Positions 1 to 10,467 of a stretch of DNA of 64,000 nucleotides are shown one piece after another. Each line of letters starts with the position of its first letter. Within the stretch, counting starts at the first letter, position 1. The notes under the pieces are model-generated. The model was given only the letters and a program-made list of their open reading frames with translations, made no database searches and was not told the origin of the DNA. This stretch comes from Candidatus Woesearchaeota archaeon (lineage in GTDB: Archaea; Nanobdellota; Nanobdellia; Woesearchaeales; GW2011-AR9). The DNA lies in contig JABHQW010000003.1 of assembly GCA_018696595.1 (NCBI GenBank), forward strand, positions 224,001 through 288,000, read 5' to 3'. The position numbers and the translations under genes are program-made.

Positions 1-895
1 TTTTGTTACCATAAAGATTAAGAGATTTCAAACCAGTTAAACTAGATAAGAGAGCAATATCAACAATTGAATTATACTTAAGTTCAAGTGTTTCTAAACT
101 AGTCAGATGTTCAATCCCGCCCAATTCAACAATCCCTAAATTATTTGCATTCAACCCAGTCAATTCTACAACATCAGCAGGATAAATATCTCCTTCTGGT
201 TTTTCAATAGCGCCTCTAACAGCTGCTTCTAATTGAGGATCATCAAAAGTAATTGCTTCCCCCTGTGCTTCACCTTCAACAACAATAAAAACATCTTCAC
301 CTTCAACAATTAAATCTGCTGCTTCCGGATCATTGAAATCATAAATATTAAATATATCAAAAATCAAAGGATAATTTCCTGCAAGAGGATCTGCAGCAAA
401 AGTAATAGTAGCAATATCAAAAGTTCCACTTTTTACATTATTGAAATTTAGAGTGGAATAATTAAAATGGATTTTATGATCAACAAGATCACAAGTGATA
501 TATTCAAGTTCTGGACCCCAATCGGCTAAAAGATGATTTTCAATTGCTGCTGGACAGTCATCTTTTAAAATTAAATTGCCATAATCTAATGTAAAAGCCA
601 AAGCTAGAGTTTCTTTATCGGCTTCTAACTGAGTACTAACAACCACTATAATATCTTCTCCTGACTCCGCTATATTCTCTGTTAAGAAAATTCCCGCTTT
701 TCCTAATTCTGGAACATCGGCTGTTATAGCTTCTCCAACAACGGGCTGTTTCATAAACAAGAATAATGATAATGCTACAAGTGCAATAATTGTAACTATT
801 GCAATGATTAAAGTTTTGTTAACTTCTCCTTGATTTGCTCCAGAATGGGCTTCCCAACTATGTGGAGGTAAAGGTTTGTATCTTTTCCGTACCAT
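1..895 (-). CDS. Partial (runs off the window edge) membrane-anchored surface protein: cohesin-like domain followed by internalin-type leucine-rich repeats
   Basis: Not in the ORF track; translated by hand. The ATG at 895 overlaps the upstream stop (TAATG). Sequence reads MVRKRYKP...TLIIAIVTIIALVALSLFLF (TM helix), then GEDIIVVV...LAFTLDY...FDIATITF (cohesin-like), then ITFDDPQLEAAVRGAI...GIEHLTSLETLELKYNSIVDIALLSSLTGLKSLNLYGNK (internalin-like LRR). Confidence 0.8.
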   Translation of the reverse strand, partial: MVRKRYKPLPPHSWEAHSGANQGEVNKTLIIAIVTIIALVALSLFLFMKQPVVGEAITADVPELGKAGIFLTENIAESGEDIIVVVSTQLEADKETLALAFTLDYGNLILKDDCPAAIENHLLADWGPELEYITCDLVDHKIHFNYSTLNFNNVKSGTFDIATITFAADPLAGNYPLIFDIFNIYDFNDPEAADLIVEGEDVFIVVEGEAQGEAITFDDPQLEAAVRGAIEKPEGDIYPADVVELTGLNANNLGIVELGGIEHLTSLETLELKYNSIVDIALLSSLTGLKSLNLYGNK

Positions 896-3114
896 TATTC
901 ATCATCCTCCATCAATGCAAACGCAATCAGTGAAATCTTTTGTAAGTTATTTTTATCTTCATCTAAAATCCCTACCACTTCGTTTATTAAGTCTACTTTA
1001 GTGGGGTCAGTAATTTCATAATCCTCATCCTCACCATTGGGATCACTTGCAAAGAAATCTTTCAATCTTATTGCTATCTGTACTAATGGATCTCCAGTAT
1101 CAATTGCAGTTACTAAATCAGTTTGTGATAATAAAATATTTATTTCAGTTCCAGCTCCAGGAAGACAAGCACCATTAGCACAACCATTAGGACAATCATA
1201 AAGCAAAGATTCAGGATTAACTCCCGTACAAAATTGTTCATTTAATTTACAAGTTTCATCAAAACAAGTAGGAACATTTTTGAGAGCTCCATTTACCATC
1301 ATCTGACAAGCGTCATGATTATCAGGAGACTCGGAAATTAACCCATTCAAGAAATAATTTTTCCCATCTGGATATACATTGGTCACGTCAGTATCTGTAC
1401 AGGTTGCAACAACTTCACAAGCACCAGCATTACAACTTTCTCCATTTCCACATTCCCCACAAGTTCCACCACAACCGTCATCACCGCAAACTTTATCTCC
1501 ACAAACTGGAACACATCCGTCTCCAGGACAAGTTCCCCAAACAGGTTTATTCTCATTTGCTAAAGGACTATCTACTGCAAAGTTCCAAGGTTCTTGAGCA
1601 ATACTTGTAACACACCAACTACTAAGATCTTGATTAAAAGAAACAGCATTTTTAAACATCACTCCCATACTAGTTACAATCGAAACATCCCAATCACTAA
1701 TGTCTTCATTGAAAGAGATAGCATTCTGAAACATATTCACCATATTTGTTACACTTGATACTTCCCAAGAACCAATATCTTGGTCAAAAGAAGAAGCACT
1801 ATTAAACATACCTGGCATAGAAGTTACACTAGAAACATCCCAATCACCAATATATTGGTTAAAAGAAGAAGCACCATTAAACATAGATTGCATATTAGTT
1901 ACAATCGAAACATCCCAATCATTAATACCTTGATCAAAAGAAGAAGCACTATAAAACATAGCTGACATAGAAGTTACACTAGAAACATCCCAATCACCAA
2001 TATATTGGTTAAAAGAAGAAGCACCATTAAACATAGATTGCATATTAGTTACACCATTACTAGCTTCATCAAACCAATCATCTGCTTTAAATTGAGTAAT
2101 TTGAGTTGCTTCCCGGAACATATTCCTAGCAGAATTAATTCCAGTTACCCCTGGACTTAATGAGGATAAAATATTAACTAATAATTCTGGTGTCCCAATA
2201 ATTTGCCCATTCGCAGATTCTCCAAAGGCAATTCTACTAGCTTCTCCACAAACATAGACGTCATGAGTTCCAATATCAGCAAAAGGATAACTTCTCAAAT
2301 CAGTTCCTTGATAAGTTTCAATAACTCCATCTTCCCATTTTACATTCAGATTAACAGCACCATCTGTTTGAAATTTAAATTCTTGACCTACTTCAATTGT
2401 TTCTATTTGAAAAGTAAATGGTTGAGCACACATTACTACGCCTCCAACTTCTTCTACACAAGCATCCTCAGCTTCATTCGGTATATAACCAGCATCACAA
2501 CTTAAAACACAATCAGCATCATATTCACCATTAGCAGGATCAGCAGGACAAACATCTCCAGCAAATTCAATAGTAATTATTTTTGCTGGAGTTGAGCCAA
2601 GTACTGATTCAGGATACAACCCCGGAAATGGAACTGGTTTAAACACAGATTCAATTAAATCTGATCCAGGATCTATTGACAAAGTTACTTGCTCTGACCC
2701 TTCAGCAACCGTTCCTGTTGCTTTAAACTGATACAATAATTTACTTCCACTAATAACTTTGTTTGCTCCCTGTGTAATTGCCTCAATATCCCATCGACAA
2801 AAGTTATCGCCAACAATACATTCATTATTTTTTCCAGTCGCGGCAGTAAACTCACTTGTAGAAAAAATGGTTCCTTGGCTTACCGCATCAATGAAACCAA
2901 TAAAATCCCCATCTGAAATTAAATAGAGATTTGCGTTTGTTAAAGTTATATCATCCTGCCCAGAGTCCAAGTAAACAGAAACAATAATATCTTCTCCACT
3001 GGAATACTTCTCCTTATCAGTTGTTATACTAACATCTAGTAATGCTGAAACAAAAGTTGCACATAAAAGTACTGAAACCAAAAAGATAATAATTTTAAAA
3101 ATTGTTTTTCCCAT
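895..3114 (-). CDS. Secreted surface protein with BspA/DUF285-type 25-aa repeats, an N-terminal cohesin-like domain and Cys-rich modules
   Basis: Signal peptide; about six repeats of MFxxAxSFNQxIxxWDVSxVTxM; C-terminal [22 protein letters not shown] module. Confidence 0.85.
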   Translation of the reverse strand: MGKTIFKIIIFLVSVLLCATFVSALLDVSITTDKEKYSSGEDIIVSVYLDSGQDDITLTNANLYLISDGDFIGFIDAVSQGTIFSTSEFTAATGKNNECIVGDNFCRWDIEAITQGANKVISGSKLLYQFKATGTVAEGSEQVTLSIDPGSDLIESVFKPVPFPGLYPESVLGSTPAKIITIEFAGDVCPADPANGEYDADCVLSCDAGYIPNEAEDACVEEVGGVVMCAQPFTFQIETIEVGQEFKFQTDGAVNLNVKWEDGVIETYQGTDLRSYPFADIGTHDVYVCGEASRIAFGESANGQIIGTPELLVNILSSLSPGVTGINSARNMFREATQITQFKADDWFDEASNGVTNMQSMFNGASSFNQYIGDWDVSSVTSMSAMFYSASSFDQGINDWDVSIVTNMQSMFNGASSFNQYIGDWDVSSVTSMPGMFNSASSFDQDIGSWEVSSVTNMVNMFQNAISFNEDISDWDVSIVTSMGVMFKNAVSFNQDLSSWCVTSIAQEPWNFAVDSPLANENKPVWGTCPGDGCVPVCGDKVCGDDGCGGTCGECGNGESCNAGACEVVATCTDTDVTNVYPDGKNYFLNGLISESPDNHDACQMMVNGALKNVPTCFDETCKLNEQFCTGVNPESLLYDCPNGCANGACLPGAGTEINILLSQTDLVTAIDTGDPLVQIAIRLKDFFASDPNGEDEDYEITDPTKVDLINEVVGILDEDKNNLQKISLIAFALMEDDE
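1816..2053. repeat. 88-bp identical direct repeat (1816-1903 and 1966-2053) within the 75-bp-unit BspA array
   Basis: Direct comparison of the two segments; the 150-bp offset equals two repeat units. Confidence 0.85.
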
Positions 3115-3117
3115 TTT

Positions 3118-4545
3118 CTATTCCTCAGGACATTTTATTTCATAAGGATCAGGATTCTCACAAAGCACCTTAGTAATCCCATCAGTTTCAAATACGGTAG
3201 TTCCGTCAACAATGTAATTTGTAGATTCGACCAATGAATCAGGGGAATTCTTGTAAACAATCGCGGGGTCTTGATCATAATCACTATACCAAGTTCCATC
3301 ATCACAAACAAAAATAGAAGTACCTTGCCAGAAACCAATCTTAGGGGCTTGTCCTTGTCCTCCAAGGTTACAATCATCTATTACTTTTTTATACACAGGT
3401 AATATTGCGATATCATAATCCTGCATTAATTGTGGGTCTGCAACAATTGGTTGATTGTTATCATCCATGTCTAATTCCCAATAAATATTTCCTGGATAAC
3501 TAGCAGCAACTTCACCACCAATACCAATATCACAACCAGCAAGTAAAACTTGTCCATTGGTATCAGTCTTTGCGTTTGCTAGTCCATCACAATCGTGGTC
3601 AATAAAATCACACTTCTCTTGATCATCATAATCATAAGCAGCAGGAGTTAGTTCATAAGCATTAGTCCAGGTTCCACTTTCACACACTTGTTTAACCCCA
3701 TAACAAACTCCTAATTGTTTATCTGCATTAGGAATTGTCTCGCCATCTTCTAATGTTGCATCATCTTCATTCCAATCATCTAATTCACATTTACTATCTT
3801 TACCATCACATAATTCCACTGTATTTCCGGGATAACAAGTAGGACAATCATCATCACAATCATCTTCAGTATCGCTCCCTAAACATCCTCGAATATCTCC
3901 AGTCCCATAATTATCTCCATCTAAATCAACACATTTTGGAACTGGTGTAACTGTTACAGAAACACTAGATGGCCCGTATGCATTTTCATCCACATCATAC
4001 AGATACACATCAGAAAAAGAAATAACTTTGTCCTCATCAAGATTCCCGCTAGATAACCTGAAAGTGTACTCTCCGATACTGTTTTCGTTAATTATTTTGT
4101 TTTTAGGATCCCAAAAGGTATGTTTATTATTTTCCGGTTCTTCAAGCATACTGGTCAAAACTGATGTTGGTTTACGGCTAATAAAATCAATTCCTGCAGG
4201 AAGAATAAGCTTAAACTCAACATTTCCAACTTCTATATCATTAGTATCAACAGTTAGAATTACTTTGAAAAGATCCCCATCATTATTATCTAATAAATTC
4301 CCCGGTACTGCAGTAACCGTTTCATGATCTAACTTAACTCCTTGACCACCATCACTAGTAACGTATTCAGGAGTTCCTTCATAATGAGTAGCTTTTCCTG
4401 CTCCCACTCCATCACCAATTAAAACAAATGTTAAAAGCCCTCCAACCACTACAAGCAAAATAACCCCCAGAAAGATATAACCCATTTGTTTTTGAGTTAA
4501 CTTGTGATCACCGCTATTTAAATTATTATTTTTTGACTGATTCAT
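3118..4545 (-). CDS. Membrane-anchored surface protein with a cohesin-like domain and Cys/Asp-rich putative metal-binding (MopE-like) repeats
   Basis: Start moved to ATG 4545 because AGGAGG lies upstream. N-terminal TM helix; DLDGDNYG...DCDD...CYPGNTVELCDGKDSKC and CDFIDHDCDG motifs. Confidence 0.75.
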   Translation of the reverse strand: MNQSKNNNLNSGDHKLTQKQMGYIFLGVILLVVVGGLLTFVLIGDGVGAGKATHYEGTPEYVTSDGGQGVKLDHETVTAVPGNLLDNNDGDLFKVILTVDTNDIEVGNVEFKLILPAGIDFISRKPTSVLTSMLEEPENNKHTFWDPKNKIINENSIGEYTFRLSSGNLDEDKVISFSDVYLYDVDENAYGPSSVSVTVTPVPKCVDLDGDNYGTGDIRGCLGSDTEDDCDDDCPTCYPGNTVELCDGKDSKCELDDWNEDDATLEDGETIPNADKQLGVCYGVKQVCESGTWTNAYELTPAAYDYDDQEKCDFIDHDCDGLANAKTDTNGQVLLAGCDIGIGGEVAASYPGNIYWELDMDDNNQPIVADPQLMQDYDIAILPVYKKVIDDCNLGGQGQAPKIGFWQGTSIFVCDDGTWYSDYDQDPAIVYKNSPDSLVESTNYIVDGTTVFETDGITKVLCENPDPYEIKCPEE

Positions 4546-4558
4546 TTTATTATTCCTC

Positions 4559-5833
4559 CTAATCTCTTTTTCCGTAAGCACTAATAAAGCCCACAACATC
4601 ATTATTATTTAGTATTCCAATAGGTTCTCTTATATCGCTAGACAATTGTCCATTAGCTATATCGTAAGTATCACGAGTAGAGTAATGATTAATTAAGCGA
4701 ACAACATCACCATTGTTAATTATTCCATCAAAATTAAAGTCACCTTCAAAGCAACCAATAAAAGGACCATCTTTGATCAACAATTCTACTTCAGTGTAAT
4801 GAGAAACATAAGCAGCTAAAGAAGCATCTGAGTGAATGCATTTATTATACTCATTTTTGTCGAAGATTCCATCTAAATCTAAATCCACATTACACTTATT
4901 ATCTTTAGCATAAAAGTATTCACACGCATCATCATCATTGTCAATATTATCCCCATCAATATCTTCATCACAAAGATCTCCTTTACTATCTTCATCTAAA
5001 TTTGCTTGATTGGGATTAACAACTAATGGGCAATTATCTTCTTCATCAATAACCCCATCATTATCATCATCACCATCCAAGTCATCAGTTTCACCATCAC
5101 CATCAGAGTCAGGGAAACAATCAAGCGGACAATTTTTTATTGTTTCTTGGTTATCAGCATCACAAATACCATTACCACAACGGTCTTTTATACTAATGTG
5201 TAAGTTGGTGGGTATAATACCGTGTTTTAAACTAGATGGCACACCCCCCGAAAATTGAGTCAAATAAATACGAGAAATACTATCAGAAAGATCTGCCACA
5301 ATTATGTCCGTTTCTATAGTTTCTCCAAGAGGCACATCTAAAATATGAATATCAAAACCCCCAATAACGTTATTTAACCCATCATTCATTTGAGAGACAT
5401 AAATATTATTTTGGCTAACAGAGCCAAGCACTTCCCCAGCAAGATAATTTCCGTTACTAATAAATTGATTATTGTCACCAAAATATACATTATTATTATC
5501 TATATTAATCCATGCAACCTTTTTTTCAGGTTCAATTGTATCAAGAGGATTTAAATTAGGAAGAAAAGACAAATAATTAGATTCTGAATTGATTACAACA
5601 TCAAAACCAGTAATGAACGGAGAATTGGTCTCACCATCGACTGGATAAACACTAACAAAAATGGATAAATCCTCACCTTCAAAAATATCTACTGAATTTT
5701 CTCCTACACTATTAGCAATTTTAACTGAAACTGAATCTCCTGTTTCTGTATCTGATAAATCAGCGTAAACAAAAAGGGAAAAAACTAGAAGAAAGCACAA
5801 AATTAACATAAACAATCCTTTTTTTGTTTTCAT
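4559..5833 (-). CDS. Secreted protein with a cohesin-like domain, thrombospondin type-3 Ca-binding repeats and a C-terminal dockerin-like module
   Basis: Signal peptide; DSDGDGETDDLDGDDDNDGVIDEEDNCPLVVNPNQANLDEDSKGDLCD (TSP3); GDFNFDGIINNGDVVRLINHY...ILNNNDVVGFISAY (duplicated EF-hand-like dockerin pattern). Confidence 0.75.
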   Translation of the reverse strand: MKTKKGLFMLILCFLLVFSLFVYADLSDTETGDSVSVKIANSVGENSVDIFEGEDLSIFVSVYPVDGETNSPFITGFDVVINSESNYLSFLPNLNPLDTIEPEKKVAWINIDNNNVYFGDNNQFISNGNYLAGEVLGSVSQNNIYVSQMNDGLNNVIGGFDIHILDVPLGETIETDIIVADLSDSISRIYLTQFSGGVPSSLKHGIIPTNLHISIKDRCGNGICDADNQETIKNCPLDCFPDSDGDGETDDLDGDDDNDGVIDEEDNCPLVVNPNQANLDEDSKGDLCDEDIDGDNIDNDDDACEYFYAKDNKCNVDLDLDGIFDKNEYNKCIHSDASLAAYVSHYTEVELLIKDGPFIGCFEGDFNFDGIINNGDVVRLINHYSTRDTYDIANGQLSSDIREPIGILNNNDVVGFISAYGKRD

Positions 5834-6161
5834 TACTAACTATCCTCTTTTTTAATTTGTATATTAAGTAATATTTTATCTTTTATATAACTTTTGCCGA
5901 TACTAATTCTCTTGAACATATCACTTTTAATCAATTTAATCACCCGCTATATCCCTTAACCCATAGGCACTAATAAATCCAACAATATCACCGTTGTTTA
6001 ATACACCTATCGGTTCCCTTATATCGCTAGACAATTGTCCATTATTTATATCGTAAGTATCACGATTAGAATAATGATTAATCAAGCGAACAACATCACC
6101 ATTGTTAATTATTCCATCAAAATTAAAGTCACCTTCAAAGCAACCAATAAAAGGACCATCT
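4695..6161. repeat. Duplicated dockerin-like coding module shared by two adjacent genes; 78-bp identical core at 4695-4772 and 6084-6161
   Basis: Direct nucleotide comparison; similarity extends over roughly 4565-4840 and 5950-6230. Confidence 0.85.
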
Positions 6162-7654
6162 GTAATTAACAAACCGACTTCAATGTAATGAAAAACGTAA
6201 GTAGATAAAGATTCATCTGAGTGAATACATTCAAAATATTCTAAACTATCTACAATACCATCCCCATCTGAATCGCCTTCACTTCCTGCTCCAGGAAAAT
6301 CATCAGGATCATTTGGATTAGAACCTGCAGCGATTTCTTCGACATCTGTAACACCATCCCCGTCTGAATCAATAATTAAAACACATTGATCTAAACAAGG
6401 TTGAAGTAAATCACCACATTCTGGACAACCAGAATATTTCTTACAACCACCCAAACAATTTTCAACTTCAAGTTCACAACTAGATTGACATTCTGAATCT
6501 ACAACATAACAATCACCATTAGAACAAACATCATCTTGATCACAAACACCACAATCTCCACCACAACCATCTAGACCACAAGTTTTACCCTCGCATTGGG
6601 GTTCGCAAATATCTCCAGAAACACATTTATAATTTTGACAAGTCAGTTCATCTTTACAATAATTATCTAACAAACAGAATTCTCCAACATCAGAAAGAGG
6701 TCCATTACAAAGATTATCTTCACCACAAGTTCCAGAAACACATTGTTTATCACCCATACAAAAGGAACCTTCTTTACCCGCAGAACATATCTTATTAGAA
6801 ATATGACAATTACCAGAGATACAATCTTCCTTTTGGTTACAAGCTCCTCCCAATTTTAAAGAACCAACACATTCATTGTCCGCCCCACAAACCCCAGAAC
6901 CACAATCATCATCTTCTAAACAACAAGTTCCACCATCGGGACCAACTTTACCCAAACAATCAGAATCAGTACAATCGGTACCAGGAACATCCAGCCCTTC
7001 GCTTCCTGCTTTACCAAACAAATTATTACGTGGTTTTGCCCCAATATTTTTTTGAACATCGCCACTACCAAAATTTAAATCTCCTCTTTTCATAACCGCT
7101 TTATTAACAAAATCTTTATTCTTAAGCCCATTACTTGTTGGAAGAATTGCCCTACCAGAAATATCTCCAGAATAACTTTCCTCAGAAGTTAAAACCAATA
7201 ATTCTCCAGGATCTAAATAAAAAGCCCAACAATCAATTACCAAACAAGGACCCAAAGGACTAACTTGATCAGTTTCAATTAATTTTTCAAAGAAACCAAG
7301 ATTCTCTTCGTCAACTTTAACACTAGTATCTGGATTTTGTTTACTTAATTCTTCAGCAGCACTATACATTTGGGAGTGGGTAGGAAATTCTTTAGATTTG
7401 AAAGAATCATCACCATCATTATCAATTCCATCAGCACATCTGGTTTCTATCTTGGCTTTTGTATCAATTTTAGAACTCATCAATCCTGAAACAGATACTT
7501 TTACAACTAAAGGTTGTTCTGGTAATGGTTCTATTAAGAAAATCTTATCTCCTAATGGAACATTAAAAAAGCTGTCGTCGGAAATAACCAAGGTTGGTAA
7601 AAGAAATAGTAAAACAAATAAAAGTACAATTCCCCTCTTATTTAACTTATACAT
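5936..7654 (-). CDS. Secreted Cys-rich protein with disulfide repeats, an Asp-rich Ca-binding segment and a C-terminal dockerin-like module
   Basis: Signal peptide; CADGIDNDGD, repeated CxxDxxCxSGxC units, CEPQCEGKTCGLDGCGGDCGVC and DSDGDGVTDVEE; C-terminus nearly identical to that of 4559-5833. Confidence 0.75.
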   Translation of the reverse strand: MYKLNKRGIVLLFVLLFLLPTLVISDDSFFNVPLGDKIFLIEPLPEQPLVVKVSVSGLMSSKIDTKAKIETRCADGIDNDGDDSFKSKEFPTHSQMYSAAEELSKQNPDTSVKVDEENLGFFEKLIETDQVSPLGPCLVIDCWAFYLDPGELLVLTSEESYSGDISGRAILPTSNGLKNKDFVNKAVMKRGDLNFGSGDVQKNIGAKPRNNLFGKAGSEGLDVPGTDCTDSDCLGKVGPDGGTCCLEDDDCGSGVCGADNECVGSLKLGGACNQKEDCISGNCHISNKICSAGKEGSFCMGDKQCVSGTCGEDNLCNGPLSDVGEFCLLDNYCKDELTCQNYKCVSGDICEPQCEGKTCGLDGCGGDCGVCDQDDVCSNGDCYVVDSECQSSCELEVENCLGGCKKYSGCPECGDLLQPCLDQCVLIIDSDGDGVTDVEEIAAGSNPNDPDDFPGAGSEGDSDGDGIVDSLEYFECIHSDESLSTYVFHYIEVGLLITDGPFIGCFEGDFNFDGIINNGDVVRLINHYSNRDTYDINNGQLSSDIREPIGVLNNGDIVGFISAYGLRDIAGD

Positions 7655-10371
7655 TGTCCATCAACACATCTTTCCAAAACACATACATCCCCACATTCTC
7701 CACAATTAAATGGATTAGTATTTAAATCACAACCACCAACTTCACGACAACCTGAAAACAGATTTAGGGTATTAAAATTATTATCACTAATACTGTCAAA
7801 ATCGTCATCTTCATCATTACAGTATTCTAAACTCACTTGAGGATCGGGATAAGAGCCATAATAAGTCTCAAGAATTTCAGAACCAACTTCTTGATCTTTA
7901 TTCCAACTAAATTCCGCTAAAGTTTCCAAATCATTAATAGTTAAAACAATTTCATCAGGAGAAGGAGAACATTTTCCTACAAAACATTGTCCAAACCAAC
8001 CTTTTGGTTCAATTCCTGCTTTTTGTAGATGATATTTAAAAAATTCTACAACTTCTCCATCCCAATTTGGAGCTACAACAAAATTTTCATGACTGATTCC
8101 TTTAAACAAAGATAAACTATTTCTAATGAAATAAACTCTGTCAATAACATTATACCACCAAGGCGATACTATAAATTCATTTTTTTGTTCTCCCAACAAA
8201 AAGAAAGCATCACCTCTTGCACTTACATCATATTGCGTTTCATAATAATTATCATTTCCCCCCTGCATTGAAGGTAAAATAGAATTGCCAAAAATAATTA
8301 GTTCTGAGTTAGGATAATATTCTTCTTTTAATTCAATCCATTTTTCCATGCCATATTCAAAGAATTCTGCATTAGTCATTCCGGTCATATCTCTGTTATA
8401 CGCTCTGATTTCATCCATAGGCACATGAAAATACTTTAAATCGGGAAATAGTAACTTTGTTGGCTGAAGAACTTTTGTTTCCATTTCTTGCCAGAAATAA
8501 TCATCAGCAAAATTTGGAAAATAATGATTTAATTCCCCAGGCCTATCTCTTACAAACAGCAATTCATAAGTAACTTTAACTTTGCTACCTTGCGGAATAT
8601 CATTCAACAGATTAATTTCTGTTTCAGTTGCATCTGTAGAAAGAATATCTTTAATTCCATTTGCACCAATTTCTTTATTAGGTTCTATTGAATAATCAAC
8701 ACCTTCAATTAAATTACCCTCATCGAATTTCACATTAACAACTCTTTTTACATTCCTCAATAATCCATTCAATCGGGTAATGGTTACTGGACCAAATAAA
8801 GCCTCTCCCTGACAATCAGGCCCCCTATCTCTAACTGTAACCACTATTTTTTCCCTTCCTTCAGCTACAAAAAGAGGAAAAGTAATTGTTTGTTTTCCTT
8901 CTTTAAGATCATCAGTCCCACCCGCCTGGTGAACACCTAATAAACTCTCGTGATCAACACCAGCTATTGGTTTAACACCAATGCTAAACGAAAATAAACA
9001 ATCAGTTCCTTTAGAATCAACATCAACTTCAATTGAACCAGTATACATGCCTGGAATAATTGAATTTTCATCTGGTTCACTATCAACAACATTATTTTCA
9101 TATATAAAATAACTTTTCTGATTATTAAATTCTCCAATTACCATCTTCAAACAATTTTCTTCTTGATTAAATGAACATGGCTCTTCTTGCCAAGAAACTG
9201 ATTGATCACCATAATCATGACCTAATTTTAATAAAGTCACTGCATTATCACCCATTTCGGAATAATCTTGACCTAAATCAAATATTTTTGAAAAAGTTTT
9301 TTCTGGAACTAAAATCCCCCCATCACCAACAATAAATGGTTCTTCTAAAATTAACCAACCAACTAAACATTTTGGACAAAAATCGGGAGACCCAGGAACC
9401 ACTAATTCATTATCAGTAATTCTTAACATGGGTTCAACAAAATGATCAAGTTTGTAATTGTAATCTTGAATTTTATTATTTTTCACTTTGTTGGTATCAG
9501 TTAAATAAAACGCTCTTTCAGTTTGGCCATTCATCTTCAACCTAGAAAGAATATTCGTAACTGGTGCTTGATTAGGCCTGTTGTGATAATATAATCTATG
9601 CTCATAATCCGGCCAATCTATAATTGTCCCTTCTGGAATTAATCCACTTTCAAAAATCCACCAAAAAGTTTGTACTGCATAAAAACTTCCTGCTTCAGTA
9701 TCACCATAAAAAGAAATAACTTCATTGAAACCGTCCAGATCTAAAATATATCCCTCTCCAAACCCCCGTTTTTCTCCTTCTAAAGTTAATTCCTGATCCA
9801 AGTTCAAACCCTTTTCTTGAAGATAAGAACCAATATAATCTTCACCATCATTTGTGCTGATAAGCATGACTTTAGTTGGGGGGACAGAAGTTATATCAAC
9901 AATGTCTAAATCTAACCCCTTGTTAAGAAGATCTTCTTTTAAAAAGTTGGCAACATTAAACAGTTTTTCATTACTTTGATCAACCGCAATTTTCCAAGAA
10001 TTGTCAATTACTAAATAATTAATTCCGTTAACTATTTCTTTGGGTTTAGGAACAATTTTTATTTTATCCAAATCATTTGTTGTTATTTCATACTCTTCTC
10101 CAGAACAAATTTCTTTTTTTTCAACATTAAAATTAGTTAGAAGATTACCCCCTTTTGTTGCTAAGATTTGATAACAATCCCCATCTAATTTAACATCAAT
10201 AGAATCTTGATCCTCAAAGTTCAAATAGAAGTTTTGGGAATAATATTCTTCAGGAGTTTGATAAGCTTCCCCAACCAAAGTACTTTGAGGATAAAACAAT
10301 AAAATTGCAACTAAGATAACCGCTATAGAAATACCTACCACTAACCAAATCTTATGCTTGTCAACATCCAT
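7642..10371 (-). CDS. Membrane-anchored GH20-like (beta-N-acetylhexosaminidase-like) glycoside hydrolase with inserted domains and a Cys-rich tail
   Basis: N-terminal TM helix; EGYILD...GDTEAGSFYAVQTF...IIDWPDYEHR matches GH20 domain 2; KYFHVPMDE resembles the GH20 HxGxDE catalytic motif. Confidence 0.6.
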   Translation of the reverse strand: MDVDKHKIWLVVGISIAVILVAILLFYPQSTLVGEAYQTPEEYYSQNFYLNFEDQDSIDVKLDGDCYQILATKGGNLLTNFNVEKKEICSGEEYEITTNDLDKIKIVPKPKEIVNGINYLVIDNSWKIAVDQSNEKLFNVANFLKEDLLNKGLDLDIVDITSVPPTKVMLISTNDGEDYIGSYLQEKGLNLDQELTLEGEKRGFGEGYILDLDGFNEVISFYGDTEAGSFYAVQTFWWIFESGLIPEGTIIDWPDYEHRLYYHNRPNQAPVTNILSRLKMNGQTERAFYLTDTNKVKNNKIQDYNYKLDHFVEPMLRITDNELVVPGSPDFCPKCLVGWLILEEPFIVGDGGILVPEKTFSKIFDLGQDYSEMGDNAVTLLKLGHDYGDQSVSWQEEPCSFNQEENCLKMVIGEFNNQKSYFIYENNVVDSEPDENSIIPGMYTGSIEVDVDSKGTDCLFSFSIGVKPIAGVDHESLLGVHQAGGTDDLKEGKQTITFPLFVAEGREKIVVTVRDRGPDCQGEALFGPVTITRLNGLLRNVKRVVNVKFDEGNLIEGVDYSIEPNKEIGANGIKDILSTDATETEINLLNDIPQGSKVKVTYELLFVRDRPGELNHYFPNFADDYFWQEMETKVLQPTKLLFPDLKYFHVPMDEIRAYNRDMTGMTNAEFFEYGMEKWIELKEEYYPNSELIIFGNSILPSMQGGNDNYYETQYDVSARGDAFFLLGEQKNEFIVSPWWYNVIDRVYFIRNSLSLFKGISHENFVVAPNWDGEVVEFFKYHLQKAGIEPKGWFGQCFVGKCSPSPDEIVLTINDLETLAEFSWNKDQEVGSEILETYYGSYPDPQVSLEYCNDEDDDFDSISDNNFNTLNLFSGCREVGGCDLNTNPFNCGECGDVCVLERCVDGQCIS

Positions 10372-10467
10372 TCTCTTTTATCTAAGTAATACTTTTTTAT
10401 TTATATATATATTGTTTCAGAAAAACATTTAAACAACCTAACTTTCCAACAAAACGAGGTGCTTACA

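Noticed and set aside
1600-2060. Regularly spaced 75-bp repeats as a CRISPR array
   Set aside because: They are in-frame coding repeats (BspA 25-aa units) with no unique spacers, and no cas genes were recognised in the window.
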